A stretch of DNA of 35,103 nucleotides, taken from NCBI GenBank assembly GCA_001001795.1, contig LCLB01000001.1, forward strand, positions 8,249-43,351. The letters run 5' to 3'. Shown here in pieces: positions 26,920-35,103 of this stretch. Numbering within the stretch: the first letter of the stretch is position 1; each line of letters begins with the position of its first letter. The position numbers and the translations under genes were made by a program. The stretch is from Parcubacteria group bacterium GW2011_GWF1_45_5 (GTDB lineage Bacteria; Patescibacteriota; Minisyncoccia; UBA6257; Brennerbacteraceae). Below the pieces are notes generated by a model that was given only the letters and a program-made list of their open reading frames with translations, searched no databases and was not told the DNA's origin.

Positions 26920-29172
26920 ATGTCCCAACCGAATATCATTACCAAGATTATAAAGCGCGACGGCCGGATAGTGATATTTGATCAGGACAAGATTACCCAG
27001 GCGATTTATAGGGCGCTTCGGAGCGTCCGCGAGACGAACGTGTTACTTGCACAGGAAGTTTCCGACAAAGTGGTTGAAGTTTTGAATGATCGGTTTTCGA
27101 ACAGTGTCCCTGGAGTCGAGGATATCCAAGATGTCGTGGTCAGCATTTTGTCTGCCATAGGGTACGAAGAAGTCGCGCGTTCATATCAGGAATACCGCGA
27201 GAAACGGGCGTTCATCCGGGAGGCGAAATATTGGCTTTTAGCTCGCGATATCCGCACCAAGCTCTCGGAGAATTCTGTGAAAGTACTAGAAAGCCGGTAT
27301 TTGCGCAAGAGCGAAGATGGAAAAATTCTTGAAACCGCGCAAGAATTATTCAAGCGGGTTGCCCATAATATTGCGTCTGCGGAAAAAAATTTCAATCCCT
27401 CGATTACCGATGACGAATTGTTCCGCGTCGAAGAAAAGTTTTACCGCATGATGGCTCAATTGGAGTTTCTCCCCAATTCTCCCACCCTGATGAATGCGGG
27501 GAATTATCTTCAGCAGTTGTCTGCGTGTTTCGTGCTTCCTATAAATGATTCTCTCTTGAGTATTTTTGAGGCGTTGAAACAAACGGCGTTGATTCATCAA
27601 TCGGGCGGGGGAACGGGATTCGATTTTTCGCACTTGCGTCCTCATGGAGATTTCGTGAAGACCACCGCAGGTGTCGCATCGGGTCCGATTTCGTTTATGA
27701 GAATTTTCGACTCTGCTACACAGGAGATTAAGCAGGGTTCGTTCCGTCGCGGGGCGAATATGGGTATTTTGCGCGTAGATCACCCGGATATTCTGGAATT
27801 CATTGCGGTGAAAGCGGACAACAAAACACTGCAAAATTTCAATATTTCGGTTGCGATTACCAACGAATTTATGGAGGCGTACGAAAAGGACGAGATGTAT
27901 CCGTTGCGTAATCCCCGTACGGGGCAGGTTATTGAGAAGCTTTCCGCGCGTATGGTATTCGATTGCATTGCACGTACTGCGTGGACAACCGGCGACCCGG
28001 GTCTTTTATTTATTGATCGGATGAATGACGAGCGTGGGAACCCCGTCCCTTCTCTCGGCAGGATTGAGGCGACCAATCCATGCGGTGAAATTCCCATGCT
28101 TGCGTACGAGAGCTGCAATTTAGGCAGCATCAACCTGAACGCCGTGCTTAAAGAAGAAGGTGAGGGGAAATGCGTATTTGATTGGGATGGATTCGGGACA
28201 TTGGTTCATAATGCGGTTCATTTTCTGGATAATGTGATTGAGATGAGCAGATACCCCTTGAACGAGATTGATCAGGCGACTCGGTCAATGCGGCGTATCG
28301 GGCTGGGGATTATGGGGTGGGCGGATATACTCATGAAACTGGGCATCCCCTATGATGCGGAGGAGGCGTATGAGTTTGCCGGGCGATTGATGAAATTCGT
28401 CCAGGACGAGGCGAGGCGTGCCTCTGACGAGTTGGGTAAATTGCGCGGACCATTCCCCAATTATACGTACTCGATTTTCGTGCATACCGATCGCAAACCG
28501 CGCAATGCGGCTCTTACCACTATTGCGCCCACAGGCACCATTTCGGTTATTTCGGATTGTTCTTCCGGTATCGAACCGATTTTCGCTCTTGCGTATATCC
28601 GTAAAGCAAGATTGAACCGCGGGGCGCGCGACGATAAGGATGAATGGGTCGATTTGCTTGAAGTCAACAAGACGTTTGAGGAGATCGCTAAGCGCGAAGG
28701 ATTTTATTCAGAAGAGCTTATGAAAAAAGTCGCATTGCGGGGATCGGTGCAGGGTATTACGGAGATACCGGAGCATTGGCGTGCGGTTTTCAAAATCGCT
28801 CACGACCTTAAGTCGGAAGACCATATTCGTATGCAGGCGACTTTTCAGAAATTCGTTGATAATGCGGTTTCGAAAACAGTTAATTTTTCGAATACGGCCT
28901 CGCTCGAAGATGTAAAAAAAGCATATTTGTTGGCCTGGGAATCCGGCTGCAAAGGTATCACCATTTATCGTGACGGATCAAAAGAGTTCCAGGTGCTAAA
29001 TCTCGGTTTTTCTCAAGAACCCATAACCGTGACTACAGAGGAAGAAGATCATCGTGGGGAGAATAACATCGACGAAACCGTTTCCGAAGCCGCAGTAAGC
29101 ATTGCGTACGATCAGGTGCCCAATACTGTTATCATGGCAAAGGATTCTGGTGTTTGCCATAACTGCGACTAG
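26920..29172 (+). CDS. nrdJ: Class II (adenosylcobalamin-dependent) ribonucleotide reductase with N-terminal ATP cone
   Basis: IIKRDG ATP cone, PNSPTLMNAG, LSACFV, RRGANMG, TNPCGE, IAPTGT, SKTVN, KGITIYRDGS, C-terminal CHNC; no adjacent R2 gene. Confidence 0.9.
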   Translation: MSQPNIITKIIKRDGRIVIFDQDKITQAIYRALRSVRETNVLLAQEVSDKVVEVLNDRFSNSVPGVEDIQDVVVSILSAIGYEEVARSYQEYREKRAFIREAKYWLLARDIRTKLSENSVKVLESRYLRKSEDGKILETAQELFKRVAHNIASAEKNFNPSITDDELFRVEEKFYRMMAQLEFLPNSPTLMNAGNYLQQLSACFVLPINDSLLSIFEALKQTALIHQSGGGTGFDFSHLRPHGDFVKTTAGVASGPISFMRIFDSATQEIKQGSFRRGANMGILRVDHPDILEFIAVKADNKTLQNFNISVAITNEFMEAYEKDEMYPLRNPRTGQVIEKLSARMVFDCIARTAWTTGDPGLLFIDRMNDERGNPVPSLGRIEATNPCGEIPMLAYESCNLGSINLNAVLKEEGEGKCVFDWDGFGTLVHNAVHFLDNVIEMSRYPLNEIDQATRSMRRIGLGIMGWADILMKLGIPYDAEEAYEFAGRLMKFVQDEARRASDELGKLRGPFPNYTYSIFVHTDRKPRNAALTTIAPTGTISVISDCSSGIEPIFALAYIRKARLNRGARDDKDEWVDLLEVNKTFEEIAKREGFYSEELMKKVALRGSVQGITEIPEHWRAVFKIAHDLKSEDHIRMQATFQKFVDNAVSKTVNFSNTASLEDVKKAYLLAWESGCKGITIYRDGSKEFQVLNLGFSQEPITVTTEEEDHRGENNIDETVSEAAVSIAYDQVPNTVIMAKDSGVCHNCD

Positions 29173-29233
29173 AAAGAACGTTTTTTCTGGACTTTTGCTT
29201 TATTTCCCGCTACAATAGTACGTAATCAAACGT

Positions 29234-29914
29234 ATGGATATTTTTACTTTACAGGCTTCATTGCGTACTATAGTGGGGAAATCCGTGGCAGAACTTCGCG
29301 AACAGGGCATGATTCCTGCCGTGATTTATGGCCCCGATATGGAAAATGTTTTGATAACCGTTCCTAACCAGGCGCTTATTGATTTACAAAAGAAGGCATC
29401 GGAAAACTCCATTATCGAGCTTACGGTGGGGGAAGGAAAAGATAAAACGGTGTGCAAAGTTCTTATCCAGGAAATCCATCGGGGGCCGTTATCCCAAATC
29501 ATTGACCACATTGATTTTTATAGGTTCAACTCGACCAAAAAGGTTCATATTGACGTTCCTATCGAGCTTGTCGGGATTTCTCCAGCGGTGGCTGATTTAG
29601 GAGGAGTTCTTTTGCAGAATATAGACAGGATTGAGGTCGAGTGTCTCCCTGATGCCATTCCTCAGCAGTTTGTTGTTGATATTTCAAAACTTTTGACGCT
29701 TAATGACACGATATATGTGGAAGATTTAATCATGCCTGAACATGTTATCTGCCACGTAGAACCACACGTTCCGATTGTTTCGGTTACCGAGCCGCAGAAA
29801 GAAGAGGTTGTCCCCGTTGAGCCGGTAGCGCCCGAAACGGTTTTGACCGAGGCAGAAGTGAAGCGCAAAGAGCAGGAAAAAGAAAAAGAAGAAGAGACTG
29901 CGGCGCAGGGGTAA
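29234..29914 (+). CDS. rplY: 50S ribosomal protein bL25/Ctc
   Basis: LR..G.IPAVIYG, HIDFY, VPIEL.G.SP, EVECLP.AIP, acidic tail. Confidence 0.93.
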   Translation: MDIFTLQASLRTIVGKSVAELREQGMIPAVIYGPDMENVLITVPNQALIDLQKKASENSIIELTVGEGKDKTVCKVLIQEIHRGPLSQIIDHIDFYRFNSTKKVHIDVPIELVGISPAVADLGGVLLQNIDRIEVECLPDAIPQQFVVDISKLLTLNDTIYVEDLIMPEHVICHVEPHVPIVSVTEPQKEEVVPVEPVAPETVLTEAEVKRKEQEKEKEEETAAQG

Positions 29915-29941
29915 ATTCATTTGGTTTAACATACCAACCAC

Positions 29942-31378
29942 ATGGTGGTTGACATTTATCCAAGGTATAAACATATTCGGCGCCCTGCCATTTCATATCG
30001 GGAGGCGTTTTTGGGATTTACTCATAGTTTCAGTTCTTTTTTTACCTTCCGTAGATATATTCCGTTTGTACGATGCGGTATCATGCTTATAGTGGTTGCG
30101 TACGCGGTGCAAGGGAGCATATTTGTGAAAGCCCCGGATGCACAACCAATGGGATTGGTTTTGTTTGCAGATACGTTTGAAAATCGGCAACAGCTTGAAC
30201 AGAAACTGAACGAGATTGAAAAAGAGATTGCTGATTACGAACGTAATATTGCCGATACGCAAGCACAGAAGAAGACTCTTGCCAACGAGATCAAAATCCT
30301 TGACGCTCAAATCGCCAAAATCAATCTTCAGGTAAAGCTGCTCGATTTGGAAGTCCAGCGGTTAAGTTTGCGAATAAACGACCTTGGCCTCAGCATAGAG
30401 GGATCAGAATCGAAAATTGACAAAGCAAAAGTGGTGCTTGCGTCTTCCCTTCAAAATGTCTATGAATTTGATAAATTATCCTTGGTTGAGATTCTGGTCG
30501 GACGAGACAATATGTCTGATTTTTTTGATGAGGTGAATGCACATGCCACTATCCAATATCAGCTGCAAACCGAACTTGAAGAGATACGTACGTTGAAAAG
30601 GAGTTTGGAAGATCAACAAGACGATCTTATAGGGCGCAGGGAAGATCAGCGGGCCCTTTTGGATCTGCAGGAGGTCCAGCATAACCAGTTGTCGAAAAAG
30701 AAAGAAGAAAAGGATACCCTCCTCAGGGTTACCAAAGGAAAGGAAAGCGCCTTTCAGCAGTTATTGAAGCAATCTCAAAAAACAGCTGCCGAGATTAGAG
30801 CTCAACTATATAAGCTTATTGGCGGAGGGGAAATTAAATTCGGTGACGCACTCCAGTACGCCGACTTTGCCTATCAACAGACAAGTGTCCGCCCCGCATT
30901 TTTACTGGCGGTTTTGGATAAAGAATCGGCGTTAGGGAAAAACGTGGGCAGGTGTTCTTGGGAGAACGCCATGCATCCTACCAGGGACAAACCCGCGTTT
31001 ATCCAGATTACCCAGGAGCTGGGGCTGAATCCCTTGACCCTTCCTGTTTCATGTCCCATTATTTCGGACGGGGCGTACGGAGGGGCTATGGGAATCGCTC
31101 AGTTCTTACCGTCAACCTGGTTGCTTTATAAAAACAGAATTCAGGCGATTACCGGCAGCGTACCTTCGCCATGGAATCCTCGTGACGCGTTCATCGCAAC
31201 TGCATTATATCTGAGAGATGCCGGAGCAAGCAAGGGTGGTTATACGGATGAACGTATTGCTGCGGCTAAGTATTATGCCGGTTCGCGCTGGAGATATTAT
31301 TTAGGGACGTACGGAGATAGGGTGATGGATCGCGCGAAATATTACGAGGGCCAAATATCAATCTTAAGGGGAGTATGA
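29942..31378 (+). CDS. Exported coiled-coil (CwlO/PcsB-like) protein with C-terminal lytic transglycosylase domain
   Basis: N-terminal TM, long heptad region, catalytic KES, GAMGIAQFLPSTW, SPWNP.DA; true start uncertain. Confidence 0.85.
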   Translation: MVVDIYPRYKHIRRPAISYREAFLGFTHSFSSFFTFRRYIPFVRCGIMLIVVAYAVQGSIFVKAPDAQPMGLVLFADTFENRQQLEQKLNEIEKEIADYERNIADTQAQKKTLANEIKILDAQIAKINLQVKLLDLEVQRLSLRINDLGLSIEGSESKIDKAKVVLASSLQNVYEFDKLSLVEILVGRDNMSDFFDEVNAHATIQYQLQTELEEIRTLKRSLEDQQDDLIGRREDQRALLDLQEVQHNQLSKKKEEKDTLLRVTKGKESAFQQLLKQSQKTAAEIRAQLYKLIGGGEIKFGDALQYADFAYQQTSVRPAFLLAVLDKESALGKNVGRCSWENAMHPTRDKPAFIQITQELGLNPLTLPVSCPIISDGAYGGAMGIAQFLPSTWLLYKNRIQAITGSVPSPWNPRDAFIATALYLRDAGASKGGYTDERIAAAKYYAGSRWRYYLGTYGDRVMDRAKYYEGQISILRGV

Positions 31379-31379
31379 A

Positions 31380-31410
31380 ATCAAAAACAGCCCTCTGGGC
31401 TGTTTTTGAT
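31380..31410. terminator. Bidirectional intrinsic terminator between the convergent transglycosylase gene and rnpB
   Basis: Perfect 14-bp inverted repeat ATCAAAAACAGCCC-tct-GGGCTGTTTTTGAT. Confidence 0.8.
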
Positions 31411-31754
31411 AGGTTCGTAAGCCGGATTCTGTTTCTAAGCGATCATTTATCTAGCCCCGACGTTACCGTCGGGGTCAAGCAACCACTCCCAACTCTTTGT
31501 TCAGCTGTCCAAAAAGTTGGGCACGAGTTTTGTACCCCGTAAGGATTTTGCCGTTTCACCCCCGATGTTGCCATCAGGGCTCGCCCCTTGAAAATCTTGG
31601 GGCGCTGTAATACTTTCGCATTCCAGCGTCTCTGCTCGCACCTCTGTCCCGACGCGATGTCGTGGCGGTGGGTGTTACCCACTACGTTCTCGCTTAAGGC
31701 GAGAGGTATCCGGACTTTCCTCTCCGACGTTGCGTCGGAGCGATCACTCGACCT
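31411..31754 (-). ncRNA. rnpB: RNase P RNA
   Basis: Minus strand reads GAGGAAAGUCCGG near the 5' end, GGGUGAAACGGC internally and AGAUAAAUGAUCGC...AACAGAAUCCGGCUUAC at the 3' end; the ends pair (P1). Confidence 0.95.
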
Positions 31755-31760
31755 GTATAT

Positions 31761-31789
31761 ACTATACCATGTCAAAGCTTATCATGCAA
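31761..31789 (-). promoter_or_regulatory. Putative rnpB promoter
   Basis: Minus strand TTGCAT-17 nt-TATAGT with TGn, -10 ending 6 nt before the RNA 5' end. Confidence 0.6.
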
Positions 31790-31801
31790 CTTTATGTATC
31801 T

Positions 31802-31833
31802 TTGCTTTTTACGGTTATGCGTGATACTATAAT
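31802..31833 (+). promoter_or_regulatory. Putative rpmE promoter
   Basis: TTGCTT-17 nt-TACTAT with TGn, overlapping TATAAT. Confidence 0.5.
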
Positions 31834-31855
31834 AGTATTCTAATACCGAGATCAT

Positions 31856-32170
31856 ATGAAAAAAGATATTCATCCAACATATTATCCAAAAGCCCAGGTT
31901 ACCTGCGCGTGCGGGGCGGTTTTTACCATAGGGGCGACAAAGCCGGCGTTTGAGGTAGAAATTTGTTCCCATTGCCATCCGTTCTATACAGGGAAAGAGA
32001 AGATAGTTGACGTTGCGGGGCGCGTAGAAAAGTTTAAAGCGCGTATGGAAAGAACAAAAGACGTTAAAACAACGCGTGCGGTGAGCAAGCGGGCAAAACG
32101 GGTTATAAAAACCGAGAAAAAAGCGAAAAAACAGGCAGGAGAAGAACCAAAGAGAAAAAAGGGCAAGTAG
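31856..32170 (+). CDS. rpmE: 50S ribosomal protein bL31 (Zn-binding type, basic C-terminal tail)
   Basis: [30 protein letters not shown]. Confidence 0.96.
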   Translation: MKKDIHPTYYPKAQVTCACGAVFTIGATKPAFEVEICSHCHPFYTGKEKIVDVAGRVEKFKARMERTKDVKTTRAVSKRAKRVIKTEKKAKKQAGEEPKRKKGK

Positions 32171-32243
32171 CAGATACCATGGTCATATACGACATGAAAC
32201 GTGCCGTTTTTTGTTTTGCATTTTCTCGTTACAATACGATATG

Positions 32244-32393
32244 CCCCGTAGTGAAACTTTGACGAAAGTGTCTGCCGAGTGGATAGTCAGTAATTACTAC
32301 TGGGCGGTTAAAATAACATTGTATTAATCCTATTACTCACTGAAAGTAATAAATAAACACTTTGACCCATCCAGTCAAAGTTCTACTACGGGG
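32244..32393. mobile_element. 150-bp MITE-like / structured element with terminal inverted repeats, at the prfA start codon
   Basis: Left CCCCGTAGTGAAACTTTGAC, right GTCAAAGTTCTACTACGGGG (18/20 complementary); TATG on both flanks (32240-32243, 32394-32397). Confidence 0.6.
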
Positions 32394-32394
32394 T

Positions 32395-33456
32395 ATGCGC
32401 GAAGAATTCAAAAAAATACTTGAGGAATACCGATCTCTTGGATTGCGCCTGGAGGATCCTGAATTTCTGAAAAAGGGGCAAGAGTATGTGACGGCGAGCA
32501 AGCGTTTCGCGGAATTACAAGAGCTCGGCTCATGTCTTACCAAATACCACGATTTCGAACGGCGCCTGGATGAAGCTGTTGCTATGGCAAAACAGGAATC
32601 CGATCCGGAGTTGAAAATCATGGTGCAACAGGAAACCGATGAGCTTTCGAAAACTTTAGAAAATTACGAACAGGAATCATCCCGCTTGTATGCCGTGTTT
32701 CAAGAACCGAAAGAAGCAGACCAAACTCATAAGGAAATGATTCTTGAAGTACGGGCAGGGACGGGCGGGGATGAAGCGGCTCTTTTTGCCCGTGATTTAT
32801 TTTCCATGTACGAACGGTATGCACTCAATCATTCTTGGGACATTACGCTTATTCATGAAAATAAAGATGAGCTTGGGGGATATAAGGAAATTGTCGCGGA
32901 GGTACGCGGCAAGGGAGCATACGACGTATTTCAGCACGAACAGGGAGTCCATCGTGTGCAGCGGATTCCCGAAACCGAAAAGTCCGGACGGATACATACG
33001 TCTACCGCCACGGTTGCGGTTCTGCCTGTAGTGAAAGATGTCAATATAGAAGTTCAAGATAAGGATTTAGAGATCGAGTTTATCCGGAGCAGCGGTCCCG
33101 GTGGTCAAAACGTCAATAAATTATCGACCGCTGTGCGCATGAAACATATTGCGACAGGGGTTACCGTGTTCTGCCAATCGCAACGCCATCAGCACCAAAA
33201 TAGGGAAAAGGCCCTCGAGATTTTAAAATCGAAGCTGTATCAACGCGAACTTGAAGAACGGCAACAAAAAGCGACTGCGGCGCGACGCGCACAGGTCGGG
33301 ACAGGAGAACGTTCGGAAAAGATACGTACTTATAATTTTCCGCAAGACCGGGTGACCGATCACCGTATCAATCAATCGTGGAAGAATATGAGCCGCATTA
33401 TGAACGGTGATCTTGACATTATTTGGGCCGCACTCCGTGCGGCCCCTCCATCATGA
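32395..33456 (+). CDS. prfA: Peptide chain release factor 1
   Basis: EVRAGTGGDEA, VHRVQRIPETE (PxT), SGPGGQNVN, RSEKIRTYNFPQDRVTDHR. Confidence 0.95.
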   Translation: MREEFKKILEEYRSLGLRLEDPEFLKKGQEYVTASKRFAELQELGSCLTKYHDFERRLDEAVAMAKQESDPELKIMVQQETDELSKTLENYEQESSRLYAVFQEPKEADQTHKEMILEVRAGTGGDEAALFARDLFSMYERYALNHSWDITLIHENKDELGGYKEIVAEVRGKGAYDVFQHEQGVHRVQRIPETEKSGRIHTSTATVAVLPVVKDVNIEVQDKDLEIEFIRSSGPGGQNVNKLSTAVRMKHIATGVTVFCQSQRHQHQNREKALEILKSKLYQRELEERQQKATAARRAQVGTGERSEKIRTYNFPQDRVTDHRINQSWKNMSRIMNGDLDIIWAALRAAPPS

Positions 33457-35066
33457 TTAGTATCGCGAAATTTTTCGAACCTTCTCCAACCGTTGAACGT
33501 GGAGCTTTTATTATCGCTGTAGTAACCGCTTTCGGCAGTGCGCTGGGAATAGTGAAGAATACGCTGCTTGGGGCTCAATTCGGGGCGGGCGCAGAACTCG
33601 ATCTCTATTTTGCGGCATTCAGGATTCCCGATTTTTTGTACAATATTTTCATATTTTCCACTCTTTCAAGTTCATTTCTGCCTATTTTCTCCCGATTGAT
33701 AATACAAGGGAAAGAAAAACTCTGGGGAGTGTTGAGCAGCCTTATATTGATATTTACGGTTGTTCTTGGGATATGCGGTTTAGTCGTTTTGGTCTTTTCC
33801 CATGAAATCGTGGGGATTCTCGCTCCGGGCTTTTCTTCTGTCAACGCGGACCGACTTTCTTTGTTTTTACGCGTTCTCATGATTCAACCGATCCTTTTGG
33901 CAGTGTCGAATCTAATAGCCATGACACTTCAGGGTTTTAAGCGTTTTTTTATTTCCTCATGTGCCCCTATTTTTTATAATGCAGGAATTATCATCGGTAT
34001 TTTGGTTTTTTCTCAATGGTGGGGCATGATGGGTGTTATTTTTGGCGTGATTTGCGGTGCTTTATTTCATCTCCTTATTCAACTCCCTTCACTATGGAAG
34101 CTGGGGTTCAGTTTCCGCCCTGCGATACAAGGGTCCCTTCCTCACCTGAAAGAGATGTTTCTTTTAATGATTCCTCGGTCGTTTGCGCTGGTCGCGAACA
34201 GCTTTCTTTCCCTGTGGGTCGTTATGGTTAGTTCTTTATTGATTCCCGGTTCGCTTTCCGTGTTCGATTTGGCAAATTCAATCCAAGCATTGCCCCAGAC
34301 TATATTCGCACTTTCGTTCATTACGGCATCGTTTCCGTTTCTTTCGTCCGCGTGGGCAGCCGGAGAATCCCAAGACGGTCAAGGAGAAAAGAAGGTTTTT
34401 ATTCGTCTGGCGGAACAGACTATGCACCATATTATTATGGTGATGATTCCTGTTGCGATGGTTTTGGCGGTTTTTGCTCCGGTTGTCGTCCGGATGATGC
34501 TTGGATACGGAAATTTTTCCGTCGATGATCAATCACAGACAAGCCTTGCGCTCGTTATGTTTTGCATCGGGATTCCATTTCAGGCACTTCTTATGTTTTT
34601 GGTACGTGGATTCTTCGCCATGAAAAACACCAAAATTCCGCTCTATTCGGTTCTGATCACGAGTGCCTTGATGATTCCCGGGATATGGTTGTCAGGAGTC
34701 CGTTTCGGAGTTTGGGGCATTGCGCTCGTAATGAGTTGTGGAGCAATCTTGAATACCATATATCTCTTTTTTATTTTTAAAAGGATTCTCGGCGGGGTTG
34801 CGTTTCCTATGGTGCGGGAAGGAATGAAGAAAGGTTTTATTTTAGGGAGTTTTGCGGCATTTCCTGGCGGTGTCGCGTATTATATTATCCATGCCATGTT
34901 AAAAGGTGCTACCTCATGGATTTTTATCTTTGAGCTGATGATTGCCGCATTGGTGAGCTGCGTTTCCGTATTCGTAGCGCTTTATGTGATAAAGGTTGTC
35001 GATTTGCGGGAGTTGTTCAAAAAACAAGGATTAAACGATTTAGAGAATGGATCAGAGCCGCATTAA
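33453..35066 (+). CDS. murJ: Lipid II flippase MurJ (MviN)
   Basis: FGAG.ELD.YFAAFRIPD, F.P.F, AP.FYN, RGFFA.KNTK.P; ATGA overlap with the prfA stop. Confidence 0.92.
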   Translation: MISIAKFFEPSPTVERGAFIIAVVTAFGSALGIVKNTLLGAQFGAGAELDLYFAAFRIPDFLYNIFIFSTLSSSFLPIFSRLIIQGKEKLWGVLSSLILIFTVVLGICGLVVLVFSHEIVGILAPGFSSVNADRLSLFLRVLMIQPILLAVSNLIAMTLQGFKRFFISSCAPIFYNAGIIIGILVFSQWWGMMGVIFGVICGALFHLLIQLPSLWKLGFSFRPAIQGSLPHLKEMFLLMIPRSFALVANSFLSLWVVMVSSLLIPGSLSVFDLANSIQALPQTIFALSFITASFPFLSSAWAAGESQDGQGEKKVFIRLAEQTMHHIIMVMIPVAMVLAVFAPVVVRMMLGYGNFSVDDQSQTSLALVMFCIGIPFQALLMFLVRGFFAMKNTKIPLYSVLITSALMIPGIWLSGVRFGVWGIALVMSCGAILNTIYLFFIFKRILGGVAFPMVREGMKKGFILGSFAAFPGGVAYYIIHAMLKGATSWIFIFELMIAALVSCVSVFVALYVIKVVDLRELFKKQGLNDLENGSEPH

Positions 35067-35103
35067 GAATTTTGTCATCATTGCCCATATTGACCACGGG
35101 AAG
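35047..35103 (+). CDS. lepA: Translation elongation factor 4 (LepA), N-terminal fragment
   Basis: MDQSRIKNFVIIAHIDHGK (G1 motif); only 19 codons visible, so another translational GTPase is not excluded. Confidence 0.8.
   Translation, partial: MDQSRIKNFVIIAHIDHGK

Noticed and set aside
31443-31824. ORFs 31443-31775 (-) and 31588-31824 (+)
   Set aside because: They overlap the RNase P RNA and have no protein motif
32244-32393. 6S RNA or SRP RNA reading of the hairpin
   Set aside because: No SRP domain IV motif, no terminator, runs directly into the prfA ATG and has flanking direct repeats; 6S is not formally excluded
1-35103. CRISPR array, tRNA/rRNA genes, integrase/transposase, inteins, TGA recoding
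   Set aside because: None seen on reading; NrdJ and ClpB are of normal length; TGA ends conserved genes (clpB, lepB, prfA)

Overview
Bacterial chromosome segment using standard code 11. The run lepB-hisS-HIT-rpsU-yqeY-ybeY-ftsA-ftsZ and the near absence of Shine-Dalgarno sites suggest a Patescibacteria/CPR (Parcubacteria-like) organism; this is inference. The left part (1-15373, open at the left edge) is a co-directional accessory cluster. It holds 8 related radical SAM genes (9 domains) of an HxsC-like type, each with a PxC and C-terminal CxxCx5CxG auxiliary motif. One gene is a tandem double-domain fusion and one has lost its first cluster Cys. They are interleaved with a DUF483-like Cys protein, a FemAB/GNAT protein, a SAM methyltransferase, a GT2, a GT-C-type membrane glycosyltransferase, three small ORFs and a FlaK-like A24 peptidase. 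The right part is housekeeping: cysteine desulfurase, clpB, pth, lepB, hisS, HIT, rpsU, yqeY, ybeY, ftsA, ftsZ, nrdJ, rplY, a lytic transglycosylase, RNase P RNA, rpmE, prfA, murJ and the start of lepA. A 150-bp element with 20-bp terminal inverted repeats and flanking TATG direct repeats sits exactly on the prfA start codon. All family calls are from motif reading, with no database search.
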